DNA of 64,000 nucleotides from Phycisphaerae bacterium (GTDB taxonomy: Bacteria > Planctomycetota > Phycisphaerae > UBA1845), in the NCBI GenBank assembly GCA_963667855.2, contig CAXXKI010000002.1, forward strand, positions 8,828 to 72,827, written 5' to 3'. Positions within the stretch are counted from its first letter, which is position 1. Each line of letters begins with the position of its first letter. This document shows, piece by piece, positions 45,431 through 53,550 of the stretch. A program made the translations under genes and the position numbers. A model generated the notes under the pieces. It was not told the DNA's origin, did no database searches, and saw only the letters and a program-made list of their open reading frames with translations.

Positions 45431-46009
45431 TCATGGATTTACTAAACCGAGTCTATCCGAGGGCCAGATGATTAACCACGCACGTCCCAACAACTGTTCT
45501 TCTGCAACTGTCCCGTCATATCTGCTATCTGCGGAATCACGCGAATCATCCCCGAGAACGTAATACGCTGCGCCGCAATTTACTTTGCTTCCACGCGAAA
45601 GATTCCCGTAACTGTAGTATTTAAGAAAATTCAATTCCTCCGGAATCTGGATCTTGTTGCCATTAATAAACAATTCGAAATCTTCGAGAGATATAGTTTC
45701 TCCAGGGAGACCAACAATTCTCTTTGCTACGAGAAACCCATCCGGATTATGAAACCAAACCACCTCCCACCGTTTTGGTTTTCTGAAAAGATAGCTTACT
45801 TTTTCCGATAAAACCCAGTCACTATTTGGTCCCCCGTCGCCCTGTAAAGTGGGCATCATAGAACCTGAAACAACCACCGACAGGTTAAAAAACACTTGTT
45901 TTATAATGAACAAAAAGCCAACAAGAGCCAAAACGTTACGTGCAAAACAAAACACACGGCGAAGAAGTCGTTTGCCTTGCACTCGTTTGTACGATTGGCC
46001 TGACTCCAT
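45431..46009 (-). CDS. lepB: Signal peptidase I (S26A).
   Basis: TM anchor, catalytic Ser box VVSGSMMPTL, Lys box LVAKRIVGLPGE, and GDDSRDSADSRY box. An alternative GTG start at 46015 would overlap the upstream stop. Confidence 0.85.
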   Translation of the reverse strand: MESGQSYKRVQGKRLLRRVFCFARNVLALVGFLFIIKQVFFNLSVVVSGSMMPTLQGDGGPNSDWVLSEKVSYLFRKPKRWEVVWFHNPDGFLVAKRIVGLPGETISLEDFELFINGNKIQIPEELNFLKYYSYGNLSRGSKVNCGAAYYVLGDDSRDSADSRYDGTVAEEQLLGRAWLIIWPSDRLGLVNP

Positions 46010-46011
46010 CG

Positions 46012-46293
46012 TCACTTTGCCTCTGAAGTAATCACGGCGGAATCCTGCTTATTGCAGGCCGCCTCGATCTGCTGTTGCCGTTGTTCAAATTGCAACCTGC
46101 CTGAACGGGTAGCTCCTCTTGCACGAGATGCATACATGGAACTTATCAGGACAAACGCGCCGCCGGCTACGATAGCCACACCGGCATAGTGCAGTGCCTT
46201 ATGCCAAACCGGTCGATCCAGCATGGGCTGGGGTTGGGAAGTGCTTAACTCCATATCCGGTTTATTGTCTGGTGTATCGTTGAATTCGCTCAT
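46012..46293 (-). CDS. Hypothetical small single-pass membrane protein.
   Basis: 93 aa. Strong AAGGAG RBS 8 nt upstream. One TM segment (YAGVAIVAGGAFVLISSMY). Wedged between the rSAM gene (16-nt gap) and the signal peptidase gene. Confidence 0.6.
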   Translation of the reverse strand: MSEFNDTPDNKPDMELSTSQPQPMLDRPVWHKALHYAGVAIVAGGAFVLISSMYASRARGATRSGRLQFEQRQQQIEAACNKQDSAVITSEAK

Positions 46294-46309
46294 TGCAGTA
46301 CTCCTTGGC

Positions 46310-47392
46310 TTAGTTGTTGAGTTGATCCGAGGTCATAGAGTTTTTCAATATTTCTGCCGTTGCGTTTAAACATGCCTGATTCCACACGCATAATAACCGA
46401 TCAGGGCGGGTTACGTCACCTGTGCGCACATAATTACTGCACCTGCAGGTCGTATTGCACTCCTCCTGCATCTGGCATTGGCCGCATAATTCCTGAGAAC
46501 GAGCTGGAACCTGGCCTATGTTCAGGAAATCGTTTCCATCGCCAATAGCCACGTCGAAGGCCATGGGATTATCCGGGGCATCGTCACCTATAAGACGTTC
46601 ACAGGGATAAATGCGTCCGGAAGGCGCGACGGCCAACTCGCCGTCGCCGAACCCGCACCGGGCACATTCGGGCCTGGCGATACCGGTCAGGAGGCCTGCC
46701 TTCTCGTCAAACCAGGCTATGGAGAGCTTTGGGAGATTATCCCGCCACAATTCGGCGCAGCGGTAAACCACGGATTCGAGCAGTGATATATCATCGTCGT
46801 TCCAAACCGCCCATAGATCCAGCGAGGGGATGATTTCGCTGACTCCCAAATCCTTTAGAAATTCGATTCCGGCCGGTAGTGCTTCCAACGTATCCGGCCT
46901 GACAACCATAACCACTTTGAACCTGCGGCCTACGGCGAGGAGTCGCCGCATGGTAGCCAGTACCTGTTTGGAGCTGCCGCCATGGCCATTGCGCCGATAC
47001 CGGTCATGGATTTCAGGCAGGCCGTCGCAACTGATTGCCAACTCAATGGAGGGATTAGTCATAACCGACCAGGCCTGGTCGCTATCTATAGTTCCATTAG
47101 TAGTGAGGTCTGGCTTCTCGATGATCGACCGCAACGCTGCTTTTTCCTGGGCATACAGCAAAAACTTATCAATCAGCTCCGCTTCCAGAAGAGGCTCTCC
47201 GCCAAAGAATCCCAGTTCCAGAACACCCCCATCTGTAATTGAAGCTAAAGCGCGGTCAATCGCCTTTTGCCCGATGCTTTCGGACATGACAACCTTGCCC
47301 TGACTACCGGCGTAGCAGTATTCACAGCGCAGGTTGCATTCCCGGGTAATTCCCAGAACCAACCCAAAAACATTTTTCCGAAGCAGCGGCAT
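46310..47392 (-). CDS. Radical SAM / SPASM-domain maturase (anSME-like).
   Basis: CNLRCEYCYAG (CxxxCxxC) near the N-terminus, FGGEPLL, C-terminal SPASM cysteines CERLIG...CGQCQMQEECNTTCRCSNY. The start is taken at MPLLRKN (47392). The track ORF begins at an upstream TTG (47416). Confidence 0.8.
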   Translation of the reverse strand: MPLLRKNVFGLVLGITRECNLRCEYCYAGSQGKVVMSESIGQKAIDRALASITDGGVLELGFFGGEPLLEAELIDKFLLYAQEKAALRSIIEKPDLTTNGTIDSDQAWSVMTNPSIELAISCDGLPEIHDRYRRNGHGGSSKQVLATMRRLLAVGRRFKVVMVVRPDTLEALPAGIEFLKDLGVSEIIPSLDLWAVWNDDDISLLESVVYRCAELWRDNLPKLSIAWFDEKAGLLTGIARPECARCGFGDGELAVAPSGRIYPCERLIGDDAPDNPMAFDVAIGDGNDFLNIGQVPARSQELCGQCQMQEECNTTCRCSNYVRTGDVTRPDRLLCVWNQACLNATAEILKNSMTSDQLNN

Positions 47393-47702
47393 GTTAAAAA
47401 CCCGGTACTGATACAACCTGCCGGTTAAGCGTTCGCATTAGATTCTAGGCTTCCGACAACGGTTCAGGCAACAGCATGGAAATATATAATCCTGGTATTC
47501 ACGTTATCAGGGAAGACCAGCTGTTTACATTTACCACAAAAACAGCTAAACTCCCACTGGAAAATATGTAACCCAGGAACAACTTCGACGATAAACGGTC
47601 GACTATAGCGGCGGATCGGAACCCAAGAACATGAAGGGTTTCCATTTCTTTGGTGCAGAAGCCGCTATAAAGGCAATGCCTTTACGATCAATGGAGGTGT
47701 GA

Positions 47703-48602
47703 ATGTCTCAGCAGAAATACGTCAGCACGTCGGCGTTAGCCAAACAAATCGGACAAACGAGTAAAGAGCTGTTTTCTCACTTCCTGCAGGAAGGATGGAT
47801 CAATAAAAGCGGAGATTCCTGGGAATTAACCGATTCCGGCAAATCAAAAGGCGGTATTTACAAAGACAGTAAACAATACGGACGATACATCGCCTGGCCC
47901 GAATCGGTAGTCAAAACCCTGCCATGTGAAAGCACAACAGAAAACACCGGCAATATTTTATCGTCAACCTCGATAGGCAAGCAGTTTTCTCTGGCACCGC
48001 AAAACGTTAATGCTATTTTATCCGAATTAGGCTGGATAAAAAAAGGTGCAATCAAGGGTTGGGTACTCACAGATCAAGGGCGAAAGATCGGTGGCGACCA
48101 GAAAGAGCATCACCAAAGTGGTGTTCCATATGTAAACTGGCCCGCGTCTATCCTGGAAAACAAAAGCCTGCTGCAAAGCATCGAAGAATTCAAGGGTGAC
48201 ACGGAGGCCAAGGATGAGGATGGCGTAAAGGGCGAAGCTGCACAAGGATTTCGCGAAAAATTCGAGGCGAAATTGCGCACAACCGATGGGCATTATGTGC
48301 GTTCCAAGGCGGAAATGCTGATCGACAACTGGCTGTATATGGCAGAAATTGTGCATGCCTACGAAAGGAAATTACCGGTTGAAGAAGAGGTGTACTGCGA
48401 TTTCTACATCCCAACCGGCAAGCTATACATCGAATACTGGAGATACGAAAACGAAGAAAAATACCTGGCTCGCAAGCAGATTAAAAAGGAAATCTACAAC
48501 AAATACGATTTTCCACTAATAGAGTTAAACGACGCCGACGTTCAGAACCTGGACGACATACTTCCGGCCAAACTGCTCAAATTCGGTATAAAATCCTATT
48601 AA
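47703..48602 (+). CDS. Hypothetical protein: two tandem wHTH-like modules plus a C-terminal PD-(D/E)xK-like nuclease-fold domain.
   Basis: Internal repeat YVSTSALAKQIGQTSKELFSHFLQEGWINKSGDSWELTDSGKSKGG...YIAWPESVV versus ILSSTSIGKQFSLAPQNVNAILSELGWIKKGAIKGWVLTDQGRKIGG...YVNWPASIL. The C-terminus YVRSKAEMLIDNWLYMAEIVHAYERKL...YCDFYIPTGKLYIEYW...LIEL resembles the nuclease-like module at the N-terminus of some UvrD/helicase IV proteins. Confidence 0.5.
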   Translation: MSQQKYVSTSALAKQIGQTSKELFSHFLQEGWINKSGDSWELTDSGKSKGGIYKDSKQYGRYIAWPESVVKTLPCESTTENTGNILSSTSIGKQFSLAPQNVNAILSELGWIKKGAIKGWVLTDQGRKIGGDQKEHHQSGVPYVNWPASILENKSLLQSIEEFKGDTEAKDEDGVKGEAAQGFREKFEAKLRTTDGHYVRSKAEMLIDNWLYMAEIVHAYERKLPVEEEVYCDFYIPTGKLYIEYWRYENEEKYLARKQIKKEIYNKYDFPLIELNDADVQNLDDILPAKLLKFGIKSY

Positions 48603-48712
48603 CAGGAATGCAACACGCATTAAGTTTGCAAGCGGCGGAGTTTTCGTTAAACCGCATGCAGTGGAACGGCTATGATCCAAAACACGAAGTGATTTCCACA
48701 GCATCAGCATAC

Positions 48713-49711
48713 TCAAAACTGATAATGCCAGGCGATGCCTGAAGCTCCGCTTTGGGGATCTACGTAGGGGACGATTTTACCGCCGAGGAATTCTATGTCT
48801 CTTTCGCCGGCGATGGTGTGTCCGATGACCAGGCCCATGACGCCGCCCATGATCACATCGGACAGGTAGTGCTCGTCGTTATCCACCCTTTCGACGGCGA
48901 CCAGGGTACCCAGACCATACAGGGGAATTCCCACCCACGGTCCGTAAGCGTGGTGCATGACCGAAGCGAAGGTGAAGGTGCTGGATGTGTGTCCGCTGGG
49001 GAAGGCGAAGTATTGCCCGTTCGGCGATTTATCCCAGGTAGCGAATTTACCCAACATGGATGACAGCCCGTTTACGGTAAGGGCGCTGAACAGGGTACGC
49101 CCCACGTCGTAGGTTTTCTGATCCTGTTTCTGTTGCCCGACCAGATACCACAACCCGGCTAACCCGAAATGGGTTATTGGATTACCCAATGCAGCGAGAG
49201 AATTGTCCACTCCGTCGTTGAATATATCGCGGCGGCCTATCGAATCCTCGAAGCGGTCATCGACGCCGGACTGCTGGAGAGCGAGCGAGCCGCCGTAGGT
49301 AACGCCGAGGATAAGCAGATTGGCGTTTTTTGTATACACGTTTTTTGTATCGCTCCAGATGTCTGAGGGAGCGGCCTTCAAGTCGCGTTTTACGGTTTCC
49401 CAGAAGGAATCGAGCGGTATCCGGTGCAGGTCGCGCATGTCGAATTCGGTCAATCTGCTGTCCTGAGGATCGAGGGAAGTTTGTTGTTCGGACTCTACGG
49501 TATCGCTCTCACGGGCGAGGTCATTTGTAGGATTGGGAGTAAAAGTGGCCAACCTGGTGATAGGGTGATAGGTTTTTGTTTCAGGGGCCTTGCATAGGCT
49601 TTTCGCAACCAGATTGACCGGTTCTCCTTTTTTGGAACCGCATCCGGTTAGAGCCAGAAGGATTGCCGGCAACACGATAACTATTGACCGATCCAACGTG
49701 GACATAATCAA
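48713..49711 (-). CDS. PAP2-family (type 2 phosphatidic acid phosphatase/haloperoxidase fold) lipoprotein.
   Basis: Lipobox LLALTGCGS. PAP2 motifs FPSGHTSSTFTFASV and SDVIMGGVMGLVIGH. Confidence 0.8.
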   Translation of the reverse strand: MIMSTLDRSIVIVLPAILLALTGCGSKKGEPVNLVAKSLCKAPETKTYHPITRLATFTPNPTNDLARESDTVESEQQTSLDPQDSRLTEFDMRDLHRIPLDSFWETVKRDLKAAPSDIWSDTKNVYTKNANLLILGVTYGGSLALQQSGVDDRFEDSIGRRDIFNDGVDNSLAALGNPITHFGLAGLWYLVGQQKQDQKTYDVGRTLFSALTVNGLSSMLGKFATWDKSPNGQYFAFPSGHTSSTFTFASVMHHAYGPWVGIPLYGLGTLVAVERVDNDEHYLSDVIMGGVMGLVIGHTIAGERDIEFLGGKIVPYVDPQSGASGIAWHYQF

Positions 49712-50213
49712 TCAACTCCATACCCTGTATTAGACGAACCATATTTCAAGCAACTTACCATTCAACGTGAAACTTTGTCGTATATTGACACCGTACAAAC
49801 CAAACAGTTACAAGAACCACTCGTTGATCGCCGCAGAACACAACAGAGTAAGACCATGGAATATGTACAGCAACACTTGACTGTGTTCAACGTTAATATC
49901 CGGATCGTCTGACCAGGAAGTGATTTTCCTCCAGAGAAGGAGATCGCCATTACAATATTGACACGCGGGTCAAGCTATAGAACGGTACCGCGGGAATACG
50001 ATAGCTGTCGCCCGAAACAGATGAATATGGATACCGGTTTTCAGTTCAGCTGTTCGGGTCTATCGAAGTTTTACAGTGCTTTCGCCGACGATGGGGTTCT
50101 TAACCGAAATAAGCGAAACGACGACATAATAACAAGGTGTATTAACGCTGATTCGTTATGAGGAACCCAGACACGTGTGTATATGACGCGGCATTGGTAA
50201 GTGCGGAGTTTTA

Positions 50214-51287
50214 ATGGCAAAATCAGGTACACTAGTAATAAAGACCATTCCGCTAGCCGACGCGGAAGTGGATGGCATTCTCGATAGCCTGGATAACCAG
50301 GAGGACAATCCCCCCCCAAGTAGTCGAGTTGACAAACGTTTCCCCCTTCGTTTGAAAAGGTGTGTCATTCATATAAAACAGCCGGGCGATGCAAGTACCT
50401 CAACCTATCTTGTACATACTCGAAATATAAGTAAAAGTGGTGTAGCCTTTCTACATGGCGGTTATCTGCACGGCGGGACGAGAATTACCATCCAGCTGAT
50501 AACCACTCGTGGGTCTTGGTCGGATGTAGAGGGTGAAGTGGTCCGCTGCCGGTTTGTCGAGGGAAGAATTCACGAGGTTGGGGCAAGGTTTGAGAGGCAT
50601 GTACACCCGTCCGATTATACGAACGCAGCTATCGAATACAGCGTACTGGTGGGCGAAAATGATGATTCCATCGCCAGACTGACTAGTTTTCATCTGGAAC
50701 AGTTAAACGTACATGCTGATCGGGCGGAGGATGGCCGGACAGTCGTGGAAAAAGCGCTGGAGAATGGTTACGACCTGATTATCTGCGATACAGAACTGCC
50801 TAAGATGGATGGCTTGCAGGCGGTCAAGGAGTTGAGAAAGCAGGGTTATATTGGGAAAATAATAATTACCAGCAGTCAGGAAGAGGAAAGGATAAAAAAA
50901 CAAAGCATCGAAGCCGGGAGCGATTCTTTTCTCGGTAAACCTTATACGCGTGAGGATCTGGCCGGTGTACTTTCCGGCATAGCGGAAGAGCCGCTGATAA
51001 GCATGATTCAGGATGAGGAAAGCATCGTTCCGCTGATAAAAAGCTTCGTAGATGGTCTTCCCAACCGGATGCGAGCCATTCAGTCGGCCCAGGTCGCTCA
51101 ACAATCGGATACGCTGAAGAAGCTTATCTGTTCGATTAAGGAGGCAGGAGGCGCATACGGTTTTGAACCTATTGCAACAGCGGCAGGCAAAGTGGAGCGG
51201 GCTATCACAGACGGCCTGGATGCGTCCGAAGTCAGTAGACTTATAGGGGAATTAACCAAGCTATGCATGTCGGCCAGATGTTCATAG
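50214..51287 (+). CDS. PilZ - response-regulator receiver - Hpt-like three-domain signalling protein.
   Basis: PilZ RxxxR (KRFPLRLKR) and NxSxxG (RNISKSGV). REC with ENDD, LIICDTELPKMDG, IIITSS, FLGKPY. C-terminal four-helix Hpt-like segment LKKLICSIKEAGGAYGF. Confidence 0.75.
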   Translation: MAKSGTLVIKTIPLADAEVDGILDSLDNQEDNPPPSSRVDKRFPLRLKRCVIHIKQPGDASTSTYLVHTRNISKSGVAFLHGGYLHGGTRITIQLITTRGSWSDVEGEVVRCRFVEGRIHEVGARFERHVHPSDYTNAAIEYSVLVGENDDSIARLTSFHLEQLNVHADRAEDGRTVVEKALENGYDLIICDTELPKMDGLQAVKELRKQGYIGKIIITSSQEEERIKKQSIEAGSDSFLGKPYTREDLAGVLSGIAEEPLISMIQDEESIVPLIKSFVDGLPNRMRAIQSAQVAQQSDTLKKLICSIKEAGGAYGFEPIATAAGKVERAITDGLDASEVSRLIGELTKLCMSARCS

Positions 51288-51501
51288 TTTAAGTCGGCAA
51301 AGGCAGCAACGCGCGCAACCATTCCGCTCACGAATACTTTCAACCGCCGGTTACAGTCAGTCGACTACATAAGTTCCGCACAACAAGGCAGTCCCACGAT
51401 CTCCGGATCCTTGCAGGTTTTTTCATTGCTTTCGGTTTTAAAGATGCTAAACAATATCGACTGGATTGGTTATAGGTAGAGGCAACGTTGAAAGTTTGGT
51501 C

Positions 51502-52551
51502 ATGAAACCGGATATATCCATTGTTGTTCCCTCGCGGGGGCGAAACGGCAAGTTACGGAATTTGCTTAATCACCTCTCTCGACAGGAGGTCAGAGAGGGA
51601 GAATGTTTCGAAGTAATCGTAGCTCTGGATGGAAATGAAGGAGAGGATTCGGATCTATTTGCACGGGATTATCCGTTTGAGTTACGTGTTATTCCACTGG
51701 AGCGGGTGGGGATTTCGGCGGCAAAGAACGCGGCGGTAGCAAAATCGACCGGACGATTCATCATTTTCGCCAACGATGACATCCTCCCGGCGACGGATTT
51801 TGTACACCAGCATGCTATCGCCCAGGCGGAGGGGAATGCGGTTATCCTGGGTAATTCGCCCTTTGTCGAGTATGAAAATCCCAACCTGTTCGATGTCCTG
51901 GTGGAGAATTCACGGATAATATTCTTTTACTGCCATCTGCACGCCGAAGAGAAATACAACTTTCGTTACGCCTGGAATCTGAATTTATCAGTAAGTCGAG
52001 ATTTTCTGGAAAAGCTCGATGGTCCTTTTGCAAAGGAGCTCAGGCCCGTATTCTACGACGATATTGAATTTGCCTATCGCCTGCTGGGAGAAGAAAAGGG
52101 GGTCACCTACCGGCCCGGAGCCAGGGCGGTACACGATCACCGCTACACTTTTGACGGGTATTTTGAGCGAGAAGCACTTTTGGGGCTGATGGCTTGCCAG
52201 TTGTGGTTAGTCAACAGGAATTGTTTTAAGGCAATCTTCTCTGCGGATTACCAGGAACTGGCTCAGCAGGCGCGAACAGGACTCGATCTGGATATCGCCG
52301 ACGGTCAGCGAAGTTTGTCATGGCTGATGGAAACCTGCGGCAAGCCCTGGTCGTATGATTGCGACCGGCAGTTTTTGCAGGCGGTGTATACTGCTCACTT
52401 GCCGCTCAAGCGAAGAGCTTTCCGAGTAGGCCTGAAAGCCGCAGGTGATGCAGCCCAAGTCCCCTGGCAGGAACGGATTCCCCTGGCAAGAAAGGCCATG
52501 ATGAACGATCCGGTATTCTCCACGTGCAACTATTGGTCGCCAGCGGAGTAA
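51502..52551 (+). CDS. Family 2 glycosyltransferase.
   Basis: DISIVVPSRGRNGKLRNLLNHLSRQ, EVIVALDGNE, AAKNAAVAKSTGRFIIFANDDILP (DxD region). The start is taken at MKPDISIVV. Confidence 0.8.
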   Translation: MKPDISIVVPSRGRNGKLRNLLNHLSRQEVREGECFEVIVALDGNEGEDSDLFARDYPFELRVIPLERVGISAAKNAAVAKSTGRFIIFANDDILPATDFVHQHAIAQAEGNAVILGNSPFVEYENPNLFDVLVENSRIIFFYCHLHAEEKYNFRYAWNLNLSVSRDFLEKLDGPFAKELRPVFYDDIEFAYRLLGEEKGVTYRPGARAVHDHRYTFDGYFEREALLGLMACQLWLVNRNCFKAIFSADYQELAQQARTGLDLDIADGQRSLSWLMETCGKPWSYDCDRQFLQAVYTAHLPLKRRAFRVGLKAAGDAAQVPWQERIPLARKAMMNDPVFSTCNYWSPAE

Positions 52552-52660
52552 CAACCGGTTTAGAACCTTTGCAATCAGTTTATTGCCACCTACAAAACCA
52601 CCACTGAATCGCCCGGCTGATCGATACAGCAATCGCAAGGTCAGATACAGACCTGGTTGA

Positions 52661-53389
52661 TCACGAGCCGGAGAGTTCCTTGAGTTCCCGCTCAGATTCC
52701 GCCGGAATAAAAGGTTTCCAGGTGGTCATATATAGAAAACCGGTATCGACGGCGGCTGCGAAGATTTTTATTATATAGGCGAAAACCACAGCCCCCAGCC
52801 AGGCATCCCAACTGTGTATTACTACTCCCACCAGACCGACCGTCGTGAAGAACAACGTATCAAATGCCTGCGACACCCATGTCGATGCGTTACTCCGCAG
52901 CCAGAGCATACTATGCGTACCGGTTTTACCGCGAATCCACTGGTACATCCCCAGGTCAATAAACTGAGAGAGCAGGTAACTGATCATGGAGGCGGCCACT
53001 ATCCGCGGGTAGGCCTGCACGTCGAAAAAGAACATCAAATGGTTCTGGGCCTCGTCATATTCATTGCCCGCATAGCGGAGTACGAACTGCATCATCACCA
53101 CCACTACCAGGCCAGCCGCAAACCCGATCATAACCGCCTGCCTCGCGGCCTTCCTTCCGAAATGTTCATTGAGAACATCGTTAGCCAGGAAAACAGTTGC
53201 AAAAAGAACGTTTCCTCCGGTAACAGGCATTCCGAACAGGGTGATATTTTTCATCACCGCGATGTTCATACACAATGTGCAGATCACCACCAGGGCAGTA
53301 AGCCAGACACGTCCCAGGCGGGCGGCCAGCAGTAAAATCGCACCGGCGGCGAGCATATGCCCGAAGAAAACCAACTCATTTAATCCCAT
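52661..53389 (-). CDS. yhhQ: VUT-family queuosine-precursor transporter (YhhQ/DUF165-like).
   Basis: 242 aa, 6 TM. TGGNVLFATVFLANDVLNEHFG and ASMISYLLSQFIDLGMYQWIR fit the YhhQ pattern as I recall it. Not verified by search. Confidence 0.6.
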   Translation of the reverse strand: MGLNELVFFGHMLAAGAILLLAARLGRVWLTALVVICTLCMNIAVMKNITLFGMPVTGGNVLFATVFLANDVLNEHFGRKAARQAVMIGFAAGLVVVVMMQFVLRYAGNEYDEAQNHLMFFFDVQAYPRIVAASMISYLLSQFIDLGMYQWIRGKTGTHSMLWLRSNASTWVSQAFDTLFFTTVGLVGVVIHSWDAWLGAVVFAYIIKIFAAAVDTGFLYMTTWKPFIPAESERELKELSGS

Positions 53390-53550
53390 ATTTTAAGCCG
53401 CTCCCGGGTCAGAGGGTCGAAAATTCATATCACCTAAGAATCGACTACCATAGCGTTCACCGAAAAACCTACCACCCTTGTTATCCACCCACATTGCAAG
53501 TTTTCTTATCATACGTTACACCGATGCCAACTGCGGAGGTTATCTGACTT

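Noticed and set aside
47499-47645. 48-aa minus-strand ORF (METLHVLGFRSAAIVDRL...) upstream of the rSAM/SPASM gene, considered as a possible RiPP precursor.
   Set aside because: It has no Shine-Dalgarno sequence, no Cys, and no Gly-Gly or other leader/core features. It cannot be distinguished from a random ORF without conservation data.
53390-53480. preQ1 riboswitch, which would be expected upstream of a YhhQ-type queuosine-precursor transporter.
   Set aside because: The minus-strand leader (…TTCGACCCTCTGACCCGGGAGCGGCTTAAAATATG) cannot form the short P1 hairpin plus the A-rich tail/ACUA(A/G)G pseudoknot of the preQ1-I class. I also saw no preQ1-II or preQ1-III-like features. An Infernal scan would be the decisive check.
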